Shown here: positions 18,817-27,236 of the stretch, piece after piece | Position numbering within the stretch: the stretch's first letter is position 1 | Layout of the letters: the number at the start of each line of letters is the position of its first letter | Virus record (IMG/VR): IMGVR_UViG_2606217118_000004 | DNA length: 35,076 nt | DNA from: a virus | Taxonomy: Duplodnaviria; Heunggongvirae; Uroviricota; Caudoviricetes | Direction: 5' to 3' (one strand) | Notes under the pieces: generated by a model | What the model was told of the DNA's origin: nothing | Databases searched by the model: none | The model's input: the letters and a program-made list of their open reading frames with translations, nothing else | Made by a program: the position numbers and the translations under genes

Positions 18817-19326
18817 TCACAGCAAACCGAATGAAGCACCAAGGCCAGTCATGGTATCAACTGCACTCGCCATCGCCGGGTTAGCCTGTAAACGGGCCTG
18901 CAATGAAACAGCAGCCAGCGCCATCAGTCGTGTTACAGAGTTAATGCTGCTGATAGCATCACGACGACCTGCACTGGTTTTTACATTGCCAGATACCGCA
19001 CCTGCAGCAATACGCCCGATCTCTGCGGTTGCACTCATGACGTAATGCGGCAGTTTCTCTTTTGCTACCTCATTAATCGGTACACATGGCAGGCAGTGAA
19101 TCTGTGCCAGAAAACCATCTATCAGCGTTGAATCTTCAGTCAGATCGGTAAGCAGCCAGATTTCTGGCGCATTGAGCTGATGCGGTTGATCTGGGTTGAG
19201 TTTGTTTCGCAGAGTCTGGACATTCATTCCTGCACGTTCTGCCAGCTTCGCCATATTATGACGAAGTGCAAAAGCTCTACAGGCTTCATCAAAATGCGGG
19301 TGTTTGGAAATCTTATAATCAAACAT
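18817..19326 (-). CDS. cII: CII-like lysogeny establishment activator (phage 186 type)
   Basis: 169 aa, the length I recall for 186 CII; sits immediately downstream of the Apl-like gene in the lytic operon. Confidence 0.7.
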   Translation of the reverse strand: MFDYKISKHPHFDEACRAFALRHNMAKLAERAGMNVQTLRNKLNPDQPHQLNAPEIWLLTDLTEDSTLIDGFLAQIHCLPCVPINEVAKEKLPHYVMSATAEIGRIAAGAVSGNVKTSAGRRDAISSINSVTRLMALAAVSLQARLQANPAMASAVDTMTGLGASFGLL

Positions 19327-19358
19327 GCTACCCCCTTAGAAAGTTCTCATAATTGAAC

Positions 19359-19601
19359 TTACTTACCAACAATGACGCGGAAGTTGGAATGACCGAGGGA
19401 TTCACGGACCTGATCTGTTTTGTACATTAAATAACGCAGGCTTACGCGGCCTTTGTTTTTTTCTTTCTTGACCATGTATTTAGCAAGCTGACCATGGTGA
19501 ATTTTTTGATACACGGAGCCGCGGGAGATACCTTCCCATTCCGCGAACTCAGCAGGCGTTGCCATCTCTTTTGGTACACGAATTGAAATATCAGTACTCA
19601 T
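19359..19601 (-). CDS. apl: Apl/Cox-like helix-turn-helix excisionase and switch regulator
   Basis: 80 aa; first gene of the lytic operon, divergent from cI; helix-turn-helix-like segment PAEFAEWEGISRGSVYQKIHHGQL. Confidence 0.6.
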   Translation of the reverse strand: MSTDISIRVPKEMATPAEFAEWEGISRGSVYQKIHHGQLAKYMVKKEKNKGRVSLRYLMYKTDQVRESLGHSNFRVIVGK

Positions 19602-19711
19602 AGTGCAGTATCTCTTAGTTTGGTTTCGTTTTATCTTGTTTTATGTGGTTTGGTTTTGCTTTTCAAACCATGAATGGATATTAAGATCACTTTTTATATA
19701 CGTCAAGAGGT
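19602..19711. promoter_or_regulatory. Lysis-lysogeny switch region (divergent promoters and operators)
   Basis: 110-bp AT-rich gap between divergent apl and cI with repeated GTTTGGTTT-type motifs and an inverted AAACCA element. Confidence 0.5.
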
Positions 19712-20350
19712 TTGATTATGAGTTTAATCAAGGCGGGGAATGATAGTGGTGGGCGCGATGCGATTAATAGGCTTATTAAGGCTTACAACTTCAGCTCACG
19801 ACAGCAGCTCTGCGAACATCTGGAAGTATCAAAAAGCACTATGGCTAACAGATACTTAAGGGATAGCTTTCCTGCCGAATGGGTAATCCAATGTGCCCTT
19901 GAAACAGGAGCTTCCCTTCTATGGCTGGCTACTGGTCAAGGAGATATGTATGCGTGTGAGAACGAAGAAATAAATCTCAAAAATGAACCTCCCGTCACTG
20001 TAAGACCACTTTCTAAGATCGTTGCTCCTAGCATCAAACGTGTTGAACTGAAGAACGGCGAACTGCAGCCAAGTGATGAAATTCTTCTTGATAGCAGCCT
20101 GCTCGATGGTGACTCATCCAACGCTTTATTTGTTAAAACAGCTAATGATAGCTTTGTAGTGGATACGTCTGTTAAACAAGTCAGTAATGGCTTCTGGTTA
20201 GTCGATATGGACGGAGTTAAAAGCATCGTCAAAATTGCGCGCATACCCGGAAACAAAATAGTAGTTAACCAAGATGACACTTCATTTGAATGTTCTGTAG
20301 ATGATGTGGAAGTCGTAGGACGTGCAGTCAAAGTAATCAAGAACCTCTAA
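19712..20350 (+). CDS. cI: CI-like immunity repressor (186 type, N-terminal helix-turn-helix)
   Basis: 212-aa ORF divergent from apl and directly upstream of int. Confidence 0.65.
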   Translation: MIMSLIKAGNDSGGRDAINRLIKAYNFSSRQQLCEHLEVSKSTMANRYLRDSFPAEWVIQCALETGASLLWLATGQGDMYACENEEINLKNEPPVTVRPLSKIVAPSIKRVELKNGELQPSDEILLDSSLLDGDSSNALFVKTANDSFVVDTSVKQVSNGFWLVDMDGVKSIVKIARIPGNKIVVNQDDTSFECSVDDVEVVGRAVKVIKNL

Positions 20351-20353
20351 CTT

Positions 20354-21394
20354 ATGACCATCAGAAAACAGCCGAACGGAAAATGGTTGTGTGAGTGCTA
20401 TCCCAATGGACGCAATGGTAAGCGCGTGCGTAAGCAATTTGCTACCAAAGGCGAAGCCATTGCGTTTGAAAGCTTCACAATGGAAGAAGTGAACAAAAAA
20501 CCATGGCTAGGGGAAAAGGAAGATCGGCGACATCTATCAGAATTAATTGAGCTGTGGTATTCCCTGTATGGTCAAACACTCGCAGACCCCAAGCGCCTCA
20601 TGGCGAAACTTAGAATTATCTGTAATGGTCTAGGCGATCCCATCGCCTCAGAACTGACAGCTGGTGAGTTTACGAAATACCGCGAAGCACGGTTAAAAGG
20701 TGAAGTACGAAATGAAGATGGCACGCTTATGTCGCCCGTTAAGCCCCGCACGGTAAATCTTGAACAGCGCAACCTATCATCTGTTTTTGGTACACTGAAA
20801 AAGCTGGGCCACTGGTCAGCCCCCAACCCGCTTGCTGGGCTGCCAACATTTAAAATTGCTGAGGGTGAATTGGCGTTCCTGACCCCGGAAGAAATTAAAC
20901 GTCTGCTGGATGCCTGTGCTGATTCTCAAAGCCCCAGTCTGCTGATGATTGCAAAAATATGCTTGGCCACCGGCGCACGCTGGAGCGAAGCCGAAAACTT
21001 ACAGAGTCATCAGGTATCAAAATACCGTATCACTTATACCAAGACTAAAGGAAAGAAAAACCGAACAGTGCCTATTTCAAAGGATTTATATGAAGAACTG
21101 CCTAAGAATAGGGGAAAATTATTTACACCTTGTAGGAAAGCTTTTGAACGTGCGGTTAAACGAGCTGGTATCGAGCTACCAGAAGGGCAATGCACACACG
21201 TATTACGACATACATTTGCAAGTCACTTTATGATGAATGGCGGAAACATACTGGTGCTGCGCGATATTCTGGGCCATGTCGATATAAAAATGACAATGAT
21301 TTACGCCCACTTCGCTCCCGACCATCTGGAAGATGCTGTAACCAAAAATCCTCTTGCTAACCTTGGATGGAGAAAATTAGAAAGTGCTTGTTAA
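20354..21394 (+). CDS. int: Tyrosine integrase (P2/186 type)
   Basis: 346 aa; C-terminal catalytic signature HVLRHTFAS ... LGH ... MIYAH. Confidence 0.85.
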   Translation: MTIRKQPNGKWLCECYPNGRNGKRVRKQFATKGEAIAFESFTMEEVNKKPWLGEKEDRRHLSELIELWYSLYGQTLADPKRLMAKLRIICNGLGDPIASELTAGEFTKYREARLKGEVRNEDGTLMSPVKPRTVNLEQRNLSSVFGTLKKLGHWSAPNPLAGLPTFKIAEGELAFLTPEEIKRLLDACADSQSPSLLMIAKICLATGARWSEAENLQSHQVSKYRITYTKTKGKKNRTVPISKDLYEELPKNRGKLFTPCRKAFERAVKRAGIELPEGQCTHVLRHTFASHFMMNGGNILVLRDILGHVDIKMTMIYAHFAPDHLEDAVTKNPLANLGWRKLESAC

Positions 21395-21500
21395 TAACTA
21401 TATCCAACAATACCCATGGATATCGTACTTACTTATCATAATATATTTTATATATATATGCCTTGAATTATATCTATGCGTATCAAAAAAAGGCTTTAAC

Positions 21501-22430
21501 ATGGATGAAAGGCCATTAACAAGTCAATACTTATTTAAACAATCACTTAGGATTCCTGTATTTTCAGCGATATACTTTGGTATATTTTCCTGGCTTGGAC
21601 ATTCCCCTCAATTTGATAGTGAGGGCTTTAATAATTTCATTGCAATTAGCAAGCTTCCTATCGCCTTACTTTCTTTGTCCATACCATTTGTTGCTGTCGT
21701 AGCAAACATACACCGCACAGTTCAAACAAACCGACAAATTGAGGAAACCAAGCAAAAGAATCTATCTGATAGCTACTATAGCCATCTAAAGTTCGTTACT
21801 GATTATTTCACCAATTTACCTAACAAAACCATTAAACGCGAACGTCATTATGGTACTAAAGAGATAAGTTATAAAATTAACTACCCAATACATCTATATA
21901 GATATATTTTCATAAATAGCTCACCAGAGAAGGGACGGCCTAAAAATACAGATAAAGAATACATACGTGAAGTAAATAATCACTGGGTTGATATACTAAA
22001 AAACCTAGAGAAGATAAATTCATCTAATCGTGGCTCTCAGTTTGACGAAGTTTTAATCCGTCAAATGCAATCTCTTCATTCAATAGAAAAACACTTATCC
22101 GAACTTAATCGAATGCTTTGCCTAACTCCCATGGAGTTAAATGAACATGCAACTTTATACTTTGATGGATATGAAATGATTACTAACTTCATGTCCAGCA
22201 TTGAACTTGGCGATACAATTGAAACCTACTTCAAATTTACCATTGATATTCTTGATATTACCGATAATTTCCTTTCATTCAAGGATGATGGCTCGTCTGG
22301 GCAAATCATTATACTAGCAAGATTACTGAAAGATAATAATCCAGCTATCTTTGATGAAATTGTAACAAACAAAGGGAAGGCTCAACCTTCGTTGACCTAC
22401 AATGGCGACAGATTGGCGACAGAGCATTAA
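21501..22430 (+). CDS. AT-rich hypothetical membrane-anchored protein; cargo gene between int and attR
   Basis: Track 21384..22430; the first 39 codons overlap int, so start placed at MDERPLTSQ. Two predicted transmembrane helices then a ~240-aa soluble domain; composition visibly AT-rich. Confidence 0.5.
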   Translation: MDERPLTSQYLFKQSLRIPVFSAIYFGIFSWLGHSPQFDSEGFNNFIAISKLPIALLSLSIPFVAVVANIHRTVQTNRQIEETKQKNLSDSYYSHLKFVTDYFTNLPNKTIKRERHYGTKEISYKINYPIHLYRYIFINSSPEKGRPKNTDKEYIREVNNHWVDILKNLEKINSSNRGSQFDEVLIRQMQSLHSIEKHLSELNRMLCLTPMELNEHATLYFDGYEMITNFMSSIELGDTIETYFKFTIDILDITDNFLSFKDDGSSGQIIILARLLKDNNPAIFDEIVTNKGKAQPSLTYNGDRLATEH

Positions 22431-22515
22431 AAATGAGTAAAACGGACAAACACAAGATAATACTAACTTGCTGATTTTAAACGCAAGTTAATGTTTTTGC
22501 TATAGTGAAAATGGT

Positions 22516-22560
22516 ATGTAGGAATTTCGGACGCGGGTTCAACTCCCGCCAGCTCCACCA
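22516..22560 (+). other. ssrA: 45-nt copy of the tmRNA (ssrA) 3' end ending in CCA; att core at the prophage/satellite junction
   Basis: ATGTAGGAATTTCGGACGCGGGTTCAACTCCCGCCAGCTCCACCA matches the E. coli ssrA 3' terminus as I recall it; sequence upstream of 22516 is not ssrA-like, so this is only the core fragment. Confidence 0.7.
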
Positions 22561-22595
22561 CTTGCTCTTCCGGATACGTCCGGAGAAATCCTGAA

Positions 22596-22629
22596 AGCCC
22601 GCATGGCACAAGCTTTGCGGGCTTTTTTG
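22596..22629 (+). terminator. Intrinsic terminator just downstream of the ssrA core copy
   Basis: AGCCCGCA...TGCGGGCT hairpin followed by TTTTTT. Confidence 0.45.
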
Positions 22630-22672
22630 TGTCTACCGTTGTCCGAGGATATCCAGCTAAATCCAGTGATTA

Positions 22673-22724
22673 TTGGTATACGTTTAGGTATACGGTAGGA
22701 TATATACCTAAACGCGTATACCAA
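22673..22724. repeat. Inverted repeat TTGGTATACGTTTAGGTATAC / ATACCTAAACGCGTATACCAA upstream of the satellite int; candidate integrase arm-type sites
   Basis: Near-perfect ~21-bp inverted arms between the att core and int; a third copy lies at 33323-33344 at the other end of the element. Confidence 0.35.
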
Positions 22725-22744
22725 TTCATGAAGGAGCGGCCAAA

Positions 22745-23938
22745 GTGGCAAGAACGACACGCCCCCTGACCAACACAGAGGTTCTGCGCGCTAAAGCGTT
22801 AGAAAAGGATCTAACGTTGCATGATGGCGATGGTCTTTTTCTGCTCGTTAAAACGAACGGTAAGAAGTTATGGCGTTTCCGTTATCAACGTCCAGCAACA
22901 AAGCAGCGAACAATGATGGGGCTAGGTGCCTTCCCCACCCTTTCACTTGCTGACGCCCGACGGTTAAGAGCGAATTACCTTTCCTTGTTAGCCAACGGAA
23001 TTGACCCGCAAATTCAAGCTGAAATTGCAGAGGAACAGCAGCAAATCGCACTGGACAGTATTTTTTCAACCGTCGCCGCTAACTGGTTCCAGCTTAAAAG
23101 CAAAAGCGTTACCCCTGATTACGCGAAAGACATTTGGCGTTCACTAGAAAAAGATGTATTCCCTGCCATCGGTGAGATCCCAGTTCAGCAAATCAAAGCC
23201 CGAATGCTTGTTGAAGCCCTAGAGCCTATCAAAGCACGTGGGGCGCTAGAGACGGTACGTCGTCTGGTGCAGCGTATTAATGAGATAATGATTTACGCCG
23301 TAAACACAGGTCTGATTGATGCCAATCCAGCATCAGGTATTGGGATGGCCTTTGAGAAACCTAAAAAGCAAAACATGCCTACGCTCCGGCCAGAAGAATT
23401 ACCGAAGCTGATGCGTTCTTTGATTATATCTAATCTGTCTGTTCCGACACGTTGTCTTATTGAGTGGCAACTACTGACCCTTGTACGCCCTTCTGAAGCC
23501 TCTGGTACTCGGTGGGCAGAGATCAATCTCGATGCAAAGCTCTGGACGATTCCAGCCGAACGGATGAAGGCCAAACGTGAGCACATTGTTCCTCTATCTC
23601 CTCAGGCATTAGAAATTCTGGAAGTGATGAAACCAATCAGTGCTCATCGTGAACATGTTTTTCCGAGCAGAAATGACCCTAAACTGCCAATGAATAGCCA
23701 GACTGCTAATGCAGCATTAAAACGTATTGGATATGGTGGAAAACTTGTCGCACATGGTATGCGTTCAATTGCCAGTACAGCGATGAACGAGGCAGGTTTA
23801 AATCCAGATGTGATTGAATCAGCATTGGCACATACCGATAGAAATGAAGTAAGAAAAGCATACAATCGCACCACCTATCTGCCACAGCGAATAACACTTA
23901 TGAATTGGTGGGGAGATTTTGTAAGGAACCTTAAATAA
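22745..23938 (+). CDS. int: P4/CP4-57-type tyrosine integrase
   Basis: 397 aa; located ~185 bp downstream of the ssrA 3' end, the arrangement I recall for intA of CP4-57. Confidence 0.85.
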   Translation: MARTTRPLTNTEVLRAKALEKDLTLHDGDGLFLLVKTNGKKLWRFRYQRPATKQRTMMGLGAFPTLSLADARRLRANYLSLLANGIDPQIQAEIAEEQQQIALDSIFSTVAANWFQLKSKSVTPDYAKDIWRSLEKDVFPAIGEIPVQQIKARMLVEALEPIKARGALETVRRLVQRINEIMIYAVNTGLIDANPASGIGMAFEKPKKQNMPTLRPEELPKLMRSLIISNLSVPTRCLIEWQLLTLVRPSEASGTRWAEINLDAKLWTIPAERMKAKREHIVPLSPQALEILEVMKPISAHREHVFPSRNDPKLPMNSQTANAALKRIGYGGKLVAHGMRSIASTAMNEAGLNPDVIESALAHTDRNEVRKAYNRTTYLPQRITLMNWWGDFVRNLK

Positions 23939-23986
23939 TATATATTCATCTAATTAGCGCCCTTATCAAGTTAGGGCGCGATTAAC

Positions 23987-24490
23987 TTAAAGAAGTTTCA
24001 TTGTTTTCATTGTATCTTTAAAATCCTTAAATCCATCAAATAAAATGATGAAATTTGCTAGCGTCACCGATGGAGCATCAATAGTCATACTAGTACCTTT
24101 TATAAAGGTATGAGCGGCAGCATTTCTTGGGGTCTTGAGTGATGTCAAAGTGGCTTTTAATGTAAAAAGTTTTTGTTGTGTTGCTTGTTTTTCAATTTTT
24201 TCAATTGAGCTCAATCCTATAACTTGGGCTAACATTTTTTTAAAATTGTCCTCATAATGGAAATTATAATTCCGTTTTATTTCATTTTGGATTTTTTTTA
24301 TGTGTTCAGGGTTAGTTATATTTTTTTTACAAACTCCTTCAATTATGTTATCCATGGTTACCTCTATCCATCCGCACAACTCCATAAGAGCAAGCTTAGA
24401 ATAAAACAACTGTTTTTTAGGATCGGTTTCCTTAGTAAAGAGGCGATCTAACTCTTTCAATGTTTTATGAATTGTCCCCTTAACTATCAT
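23987..24490 (-). CDS. HEPN-domain protein (predicted RNase), second gene of the hotspot operon
   Basis: Track 23987..24502 begins at a TTG; the ATG at 24490 lies 4 nt after the DUF262 stop. Candidate Rx4H HEPN motif in ...TPRNAAAHTF...; AT-rich. Confidence 0.55.
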   Translation of the reverse strand: MIVKGTIHKTLKELDRLFTKETDPKKQLFYSKLALMELCGWIEVTMDNIIEGVCKKNITNPEHIKKIQNEIKRNYNFHYEDNFKKMLAQVIGLSSIEKIEKQATQQKLFTLKATLTSLKTPRNAAAHTFIKGTSMTIDAPSVTLANFIILFDGFKDFKDTMKTMKLL

Positions 24491-24494
24491 GATT

Positions 24495-25589
24495 TCACCC
24501 AAATATTCTTAGAGCGGCATCTAACCTTGCGTCAACTTTTTCCTTACTGGCTACACCACCGCTCAGAAAAGCCGTTGATAATGAATTATCTGCCCTTAAA
24601 TCATCAAAACGCTGGCTTAAACTAGCGCTAGTTTCTTGCTCTAAAAGATCAATATTTTTTGCTACACCATATAAAAGGGCTTCCATTAAAGAACTACCAA
24701 GTCTCATTGGATTGGGTTGTAATATTTTATTCCACACCAGACCTACGGTCCTCTTAAATAAATCCTCTTTTAGAGCTATATCTGACTTTCCTAAATGACG
24801 GTTTTTCTTCATATAGCCATTGAGAAATTTAGATAAAGTGCCTTTATACTTATCTTTGTTATCGTAAAATGAGAAAAATCGCAAGATAAGTTCGATATAC
24901 TTAAACCTATTCGAATTCTTGGTATTCAAGCCAGCTATTTTTTGCCACTCATCAATTTCATTCATTTCTTTGAGGGCATTATTAAACTCACCGCTAAAAA
25001 TACAATTCCTAATTTCTTGGTTATTAAGTCTTGTGCCTCCAGAATTCAACCGATGAAATATAGTAAACAAATACTCCATATGTGATAGTTTAGAATGATC
25101 ACATCTAAGCACAGTGACTGGAATTGTTAAGTTTTGCACTCTCTTATAAAAATTATTCAATTCAGTCTTTTGTTTATGAAACTCTGATACACGAACACCA
25201 GATATTTTACTATCAATATCATCGAGCTTAGACAGTTGCCAGCTTGGGTCAGATAAAAATCTGATTATTGACGTCATTCGCTGCAACCCATCAATTACCT
25301 GCCATTCCTGACTATTATAATCAAAACTAAAACACATGCTAGGAATAGGAAGCTGTTTAATTAAGGAGTCAATAAATCGTGTTTGAGCTGATGAATTCCA
25401 TACAATGTCTCTTTGAAAATCTGGTTGAATATTCAAAGTTCCTTCATTGTACATGCGAACTAAATCAGAGCAGGATCTCAACTCATTATAGGCAATCACA
25501 TCACTTGGCGGATGTTGCTCACTATCATCTTCATAATAAGATTCATCTTCTAAATTCTCAATATCTTCAAGAGTAATGTCAGCAGTCAT
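24495..25589 (-). CDS. DUF262 (ParB-like NTPase domain) protein, first gene of the hotspot operon
   Basis: Track 24495..25622; start placed at MTADITLEDIE (GGAG RBS with 5-nt spacer). DUF262 signature motifs QPDFQRDIVW, VIDGLQR and FHRLNSGG; no HNH/DUF1524-like nuclease motif seen. Confidence 0.65.
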   Translation of the reverse strand: MTADITLEDIENLEDESYYEDDSEQHPPSDVIAYNELRSCSDLVRMYNEGTLNIQPDFQRDIVWNSSAQTRFIDSLIKQLPIPSMCFSFDYNSQEWQVIDGLQRMTSIIRFLSDPSWQLSKLDDIDSKISGVRVSEFHKQKTELNNFYKRVQNLTIPVTVLRCDHSKLSHMEYLFTIFHRLNSGGTRLNNQEIRNCIFSGEFNNALKEMNEIDEWQKIAGLNTKNSNRFKYIELILRFFSFYDNKDKYKGTLSKFLNGYMKKNRHLGKSDIALKEDLFKRTVGLVWNKILQPNPMRLGSSLMEALLYGVAKNIDLLEQETSASLSQRFDDLRADNSLSTAFLSGGVASKEKVDARLDAALRIFG

Positions 25590-25906
25590 ATAATCTCCAA
25601 TATGAAATTTAAAAAAGCTCATCTATCCTTTAGATGAGCAAATAGAACTTCCTTTCATCTGCAACTCGATAATATTTAACTATCGCCTTGCAAACTCCCA
25701 CTAATTTTAGCGGCATTGTTACCCTGGTTCAATTAATTATTTCCCCCCCCATTTGCTGCACTTTCACTGAGCATCGCCCCCAACACAAAAAGCCCAAACA
25801 AAAGCGTATGAAAAAATGAGGCTTTCAAGCAAAATTATAGCTTGAGTTTGTTCATCCAAAAGCGACTTCGCATGTATTAGAAAATTCAGCATATACATTG
25901 CGCGCA

Positions 25907-25925
25907 GTGCTTTCCCCGCCTCGCC
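25907..25925. other. Satellite cos site (reverse complement GGCGAGGCGGGGAAAGCAC)
   Basis: Exact 19-nt match to the P2/P4 cohesive-end sequence as I recall it; lies between the hotspot cargo and psu. Confidence 0.7.
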
Positions 25926-26089
25926 CGCCCGCTTTGCGGGGCGGGTTTAATGCAGTTTCACTGACACGCTCAGGCCGCGCCGGGAATGGCGCGGTCTGCA
26001 GAAAATGAGGCAGGAAAACGCATGCAAAGCCATGCACCTTATCGATGCATGGCTTTTTTCAGTAAAAACGGGCGGATTTTCGGGGAGTT

Positions 26090-26662
26090 TTACACAGACT
26101 GATGTGATGCCAGTTGCGCACTTTTACGCGAAAAAATCATGTTCTGCGCAGGAGTGAATTTTTCACGGCTGTCATCCACCGAAGCCGCGTCAGGCCTGAA
26201 TCCGATGGCCGTTAAAATGTCGCTATCCTGTGCGGAATAATTAATTTTTTCCCCCTTCGCAAGCCAGGACAGAAGGGCTTCACGCAGGGCATCTGTGGCA
26301 CACTGTATGGCACAGTTTCGGGCAATGGCCGTCAGTTCACTGTAGCCCATCAGCTCCGGTGCCAGTGCGGCCGCCAGTACTGTGCCGTGCTGCTGCATAA
26401 AATCATTCAGCCGGTCGCGGATGCTGATGTGCTGAACGGCTTCATGCGAACGAATATAACGACCGGCGGCCTGATTCACCTGCCATTTTCTGACTTCGAT
26501 AATATTGCGTAATTCGTCCAGGCGACTGACGTTTCTGCCTTCTCCTGACAGAAGCCGCAGATATTCCTGTTCGGCCGCAGCCAGCTCATTTTTGCGTTGC
26601 AGCCATGCTGCTTTGTTATTCTGACAGGTGTCAAAGGCCTGCTGTAAGGCAGTGCTTTCCAT
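26090..26662 (-). CDS. psu: Polarity suppression protein Psu
   Basis: 190 aa, the P4 Psu size; last gene of the psu-delta-sid operon, adjacent to cos. Confidence 0.8.
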   Translation of the reverse strand: MESTALQQAFDTCQNNKAAWLQRKNELAAAEQEYLRLLSGEGRNVSRLDELRNIIEVRKWQVNQAAGRYIRSHEAVQHISIRDRLNDFMQQHGTVLAAALAPELMGYSELTAIARNCAIQCATDALREALLSWLAKGEKINYSAQDSDILTAIGFRPDAASVDDSREKFTPAQNMIFSRKSAQLASHQSV

Positions 26663-26735
26663 CGTTATCTCTTTCTCATCATGCTGAAGAATAAAAATAC
26701 GGTGTGCGGCGACGGCCGGGGTTAACCGGCAGCCC

Positions 26736-27236
26736 TCATTCCAGACGCAGCGAATATGATTGTGTTTTTAAGCGTACTGGCGGCAGTTCCTGTTTTTCAT
26801 GCAGGCTTTCTGCCAGTTCGTCCGGCGTGACCGGGCGGACAATAAAACGGTTGATGGTCTGAAGCGTTTTAAACACCAGACCACAGCCCGGATCCGTGCA
26901 CACATAAAAACGCTCGGTGACTTCCTGAGACAGACGCCGCGATGTTCTTGACAGTGCAAGGCCTTTACATCTCCGACAACAATATCCGGTAACAAGCATT
27001 CTTTTCTGGCGTTTCATACTGCCGGAGGCTGACGTCAGTGAATCGCGGTATCTCTGTTTGCCTGAAATGTATTCCATTCCTGAATCTTTACAGTCAGAGA
27101 AAAAGCTTTCACTCGCTTCAAATGTCGCAGAGCAATAAATATTCCGGCACTGTGCAATCATTATCTTGGTGCCATCGTCCATGAAATGTGCGCGACGGGT
27201 GTGAGCAACATGTCCACACGACGGGCAGTAAATCAT
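26736..27236 (-). CDS. delta: Delta late transcription activator (tandem Ogr-type zinc fingers)
   Basis: 166 aa; two Ogr-like cysteine clusters (MIYCPSCGH...QCRNIYC and YCCRRCKG...CTDPGCG). Confidence 0.8.
   Translation of the reverse strand: MIYCPSCGHVAHTRRAHFMDDGTKIMIAQCRNIYCSATFEASESFFSDCKDSGMEYISGKQRYRDSLTSASGSMKRQKRMLVTGYCCRRCKGLALSRTSRRLSQEVTERFYVCTDPGCGLVFKTLQTINRFIVRPVTPDELAESLHEKQELPPVRLKTQSYSLRLE

Larger units (their letters stand above)
1..22560. mobile_element. P2/186-like temperate myophage prophage, right-hand portion (tail fibre H through integrase and attR); left end lies outside the window
   Basis: Collinear P2-family gene order (H I J W V S R lysC lysB lysA K Y X L M N O on minus; P Q on plus; cos; A; 186-type cII/apl/cI; int), ending at a 45-nt copy of the ssrA 3' end. 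Confidence 0.85.

Noticed and set aside
22200-22560. A complete tmRNA (ssrA) gene ending at 22560
   Set aside because: Only the last ~45 nt match ssrA; sequence upstream is AT-rich coding sequence of the cargo ORF and phage DNA, so this is an att core fragment, not a full gene.
25852-26037. 61-aa minus-strand ORF between the hotspot operon and psu
   Set aside because: It spans the cos site and a GC-rich hairpin, has no ribosome-binding site, and P4-type elements have no gene expected here.
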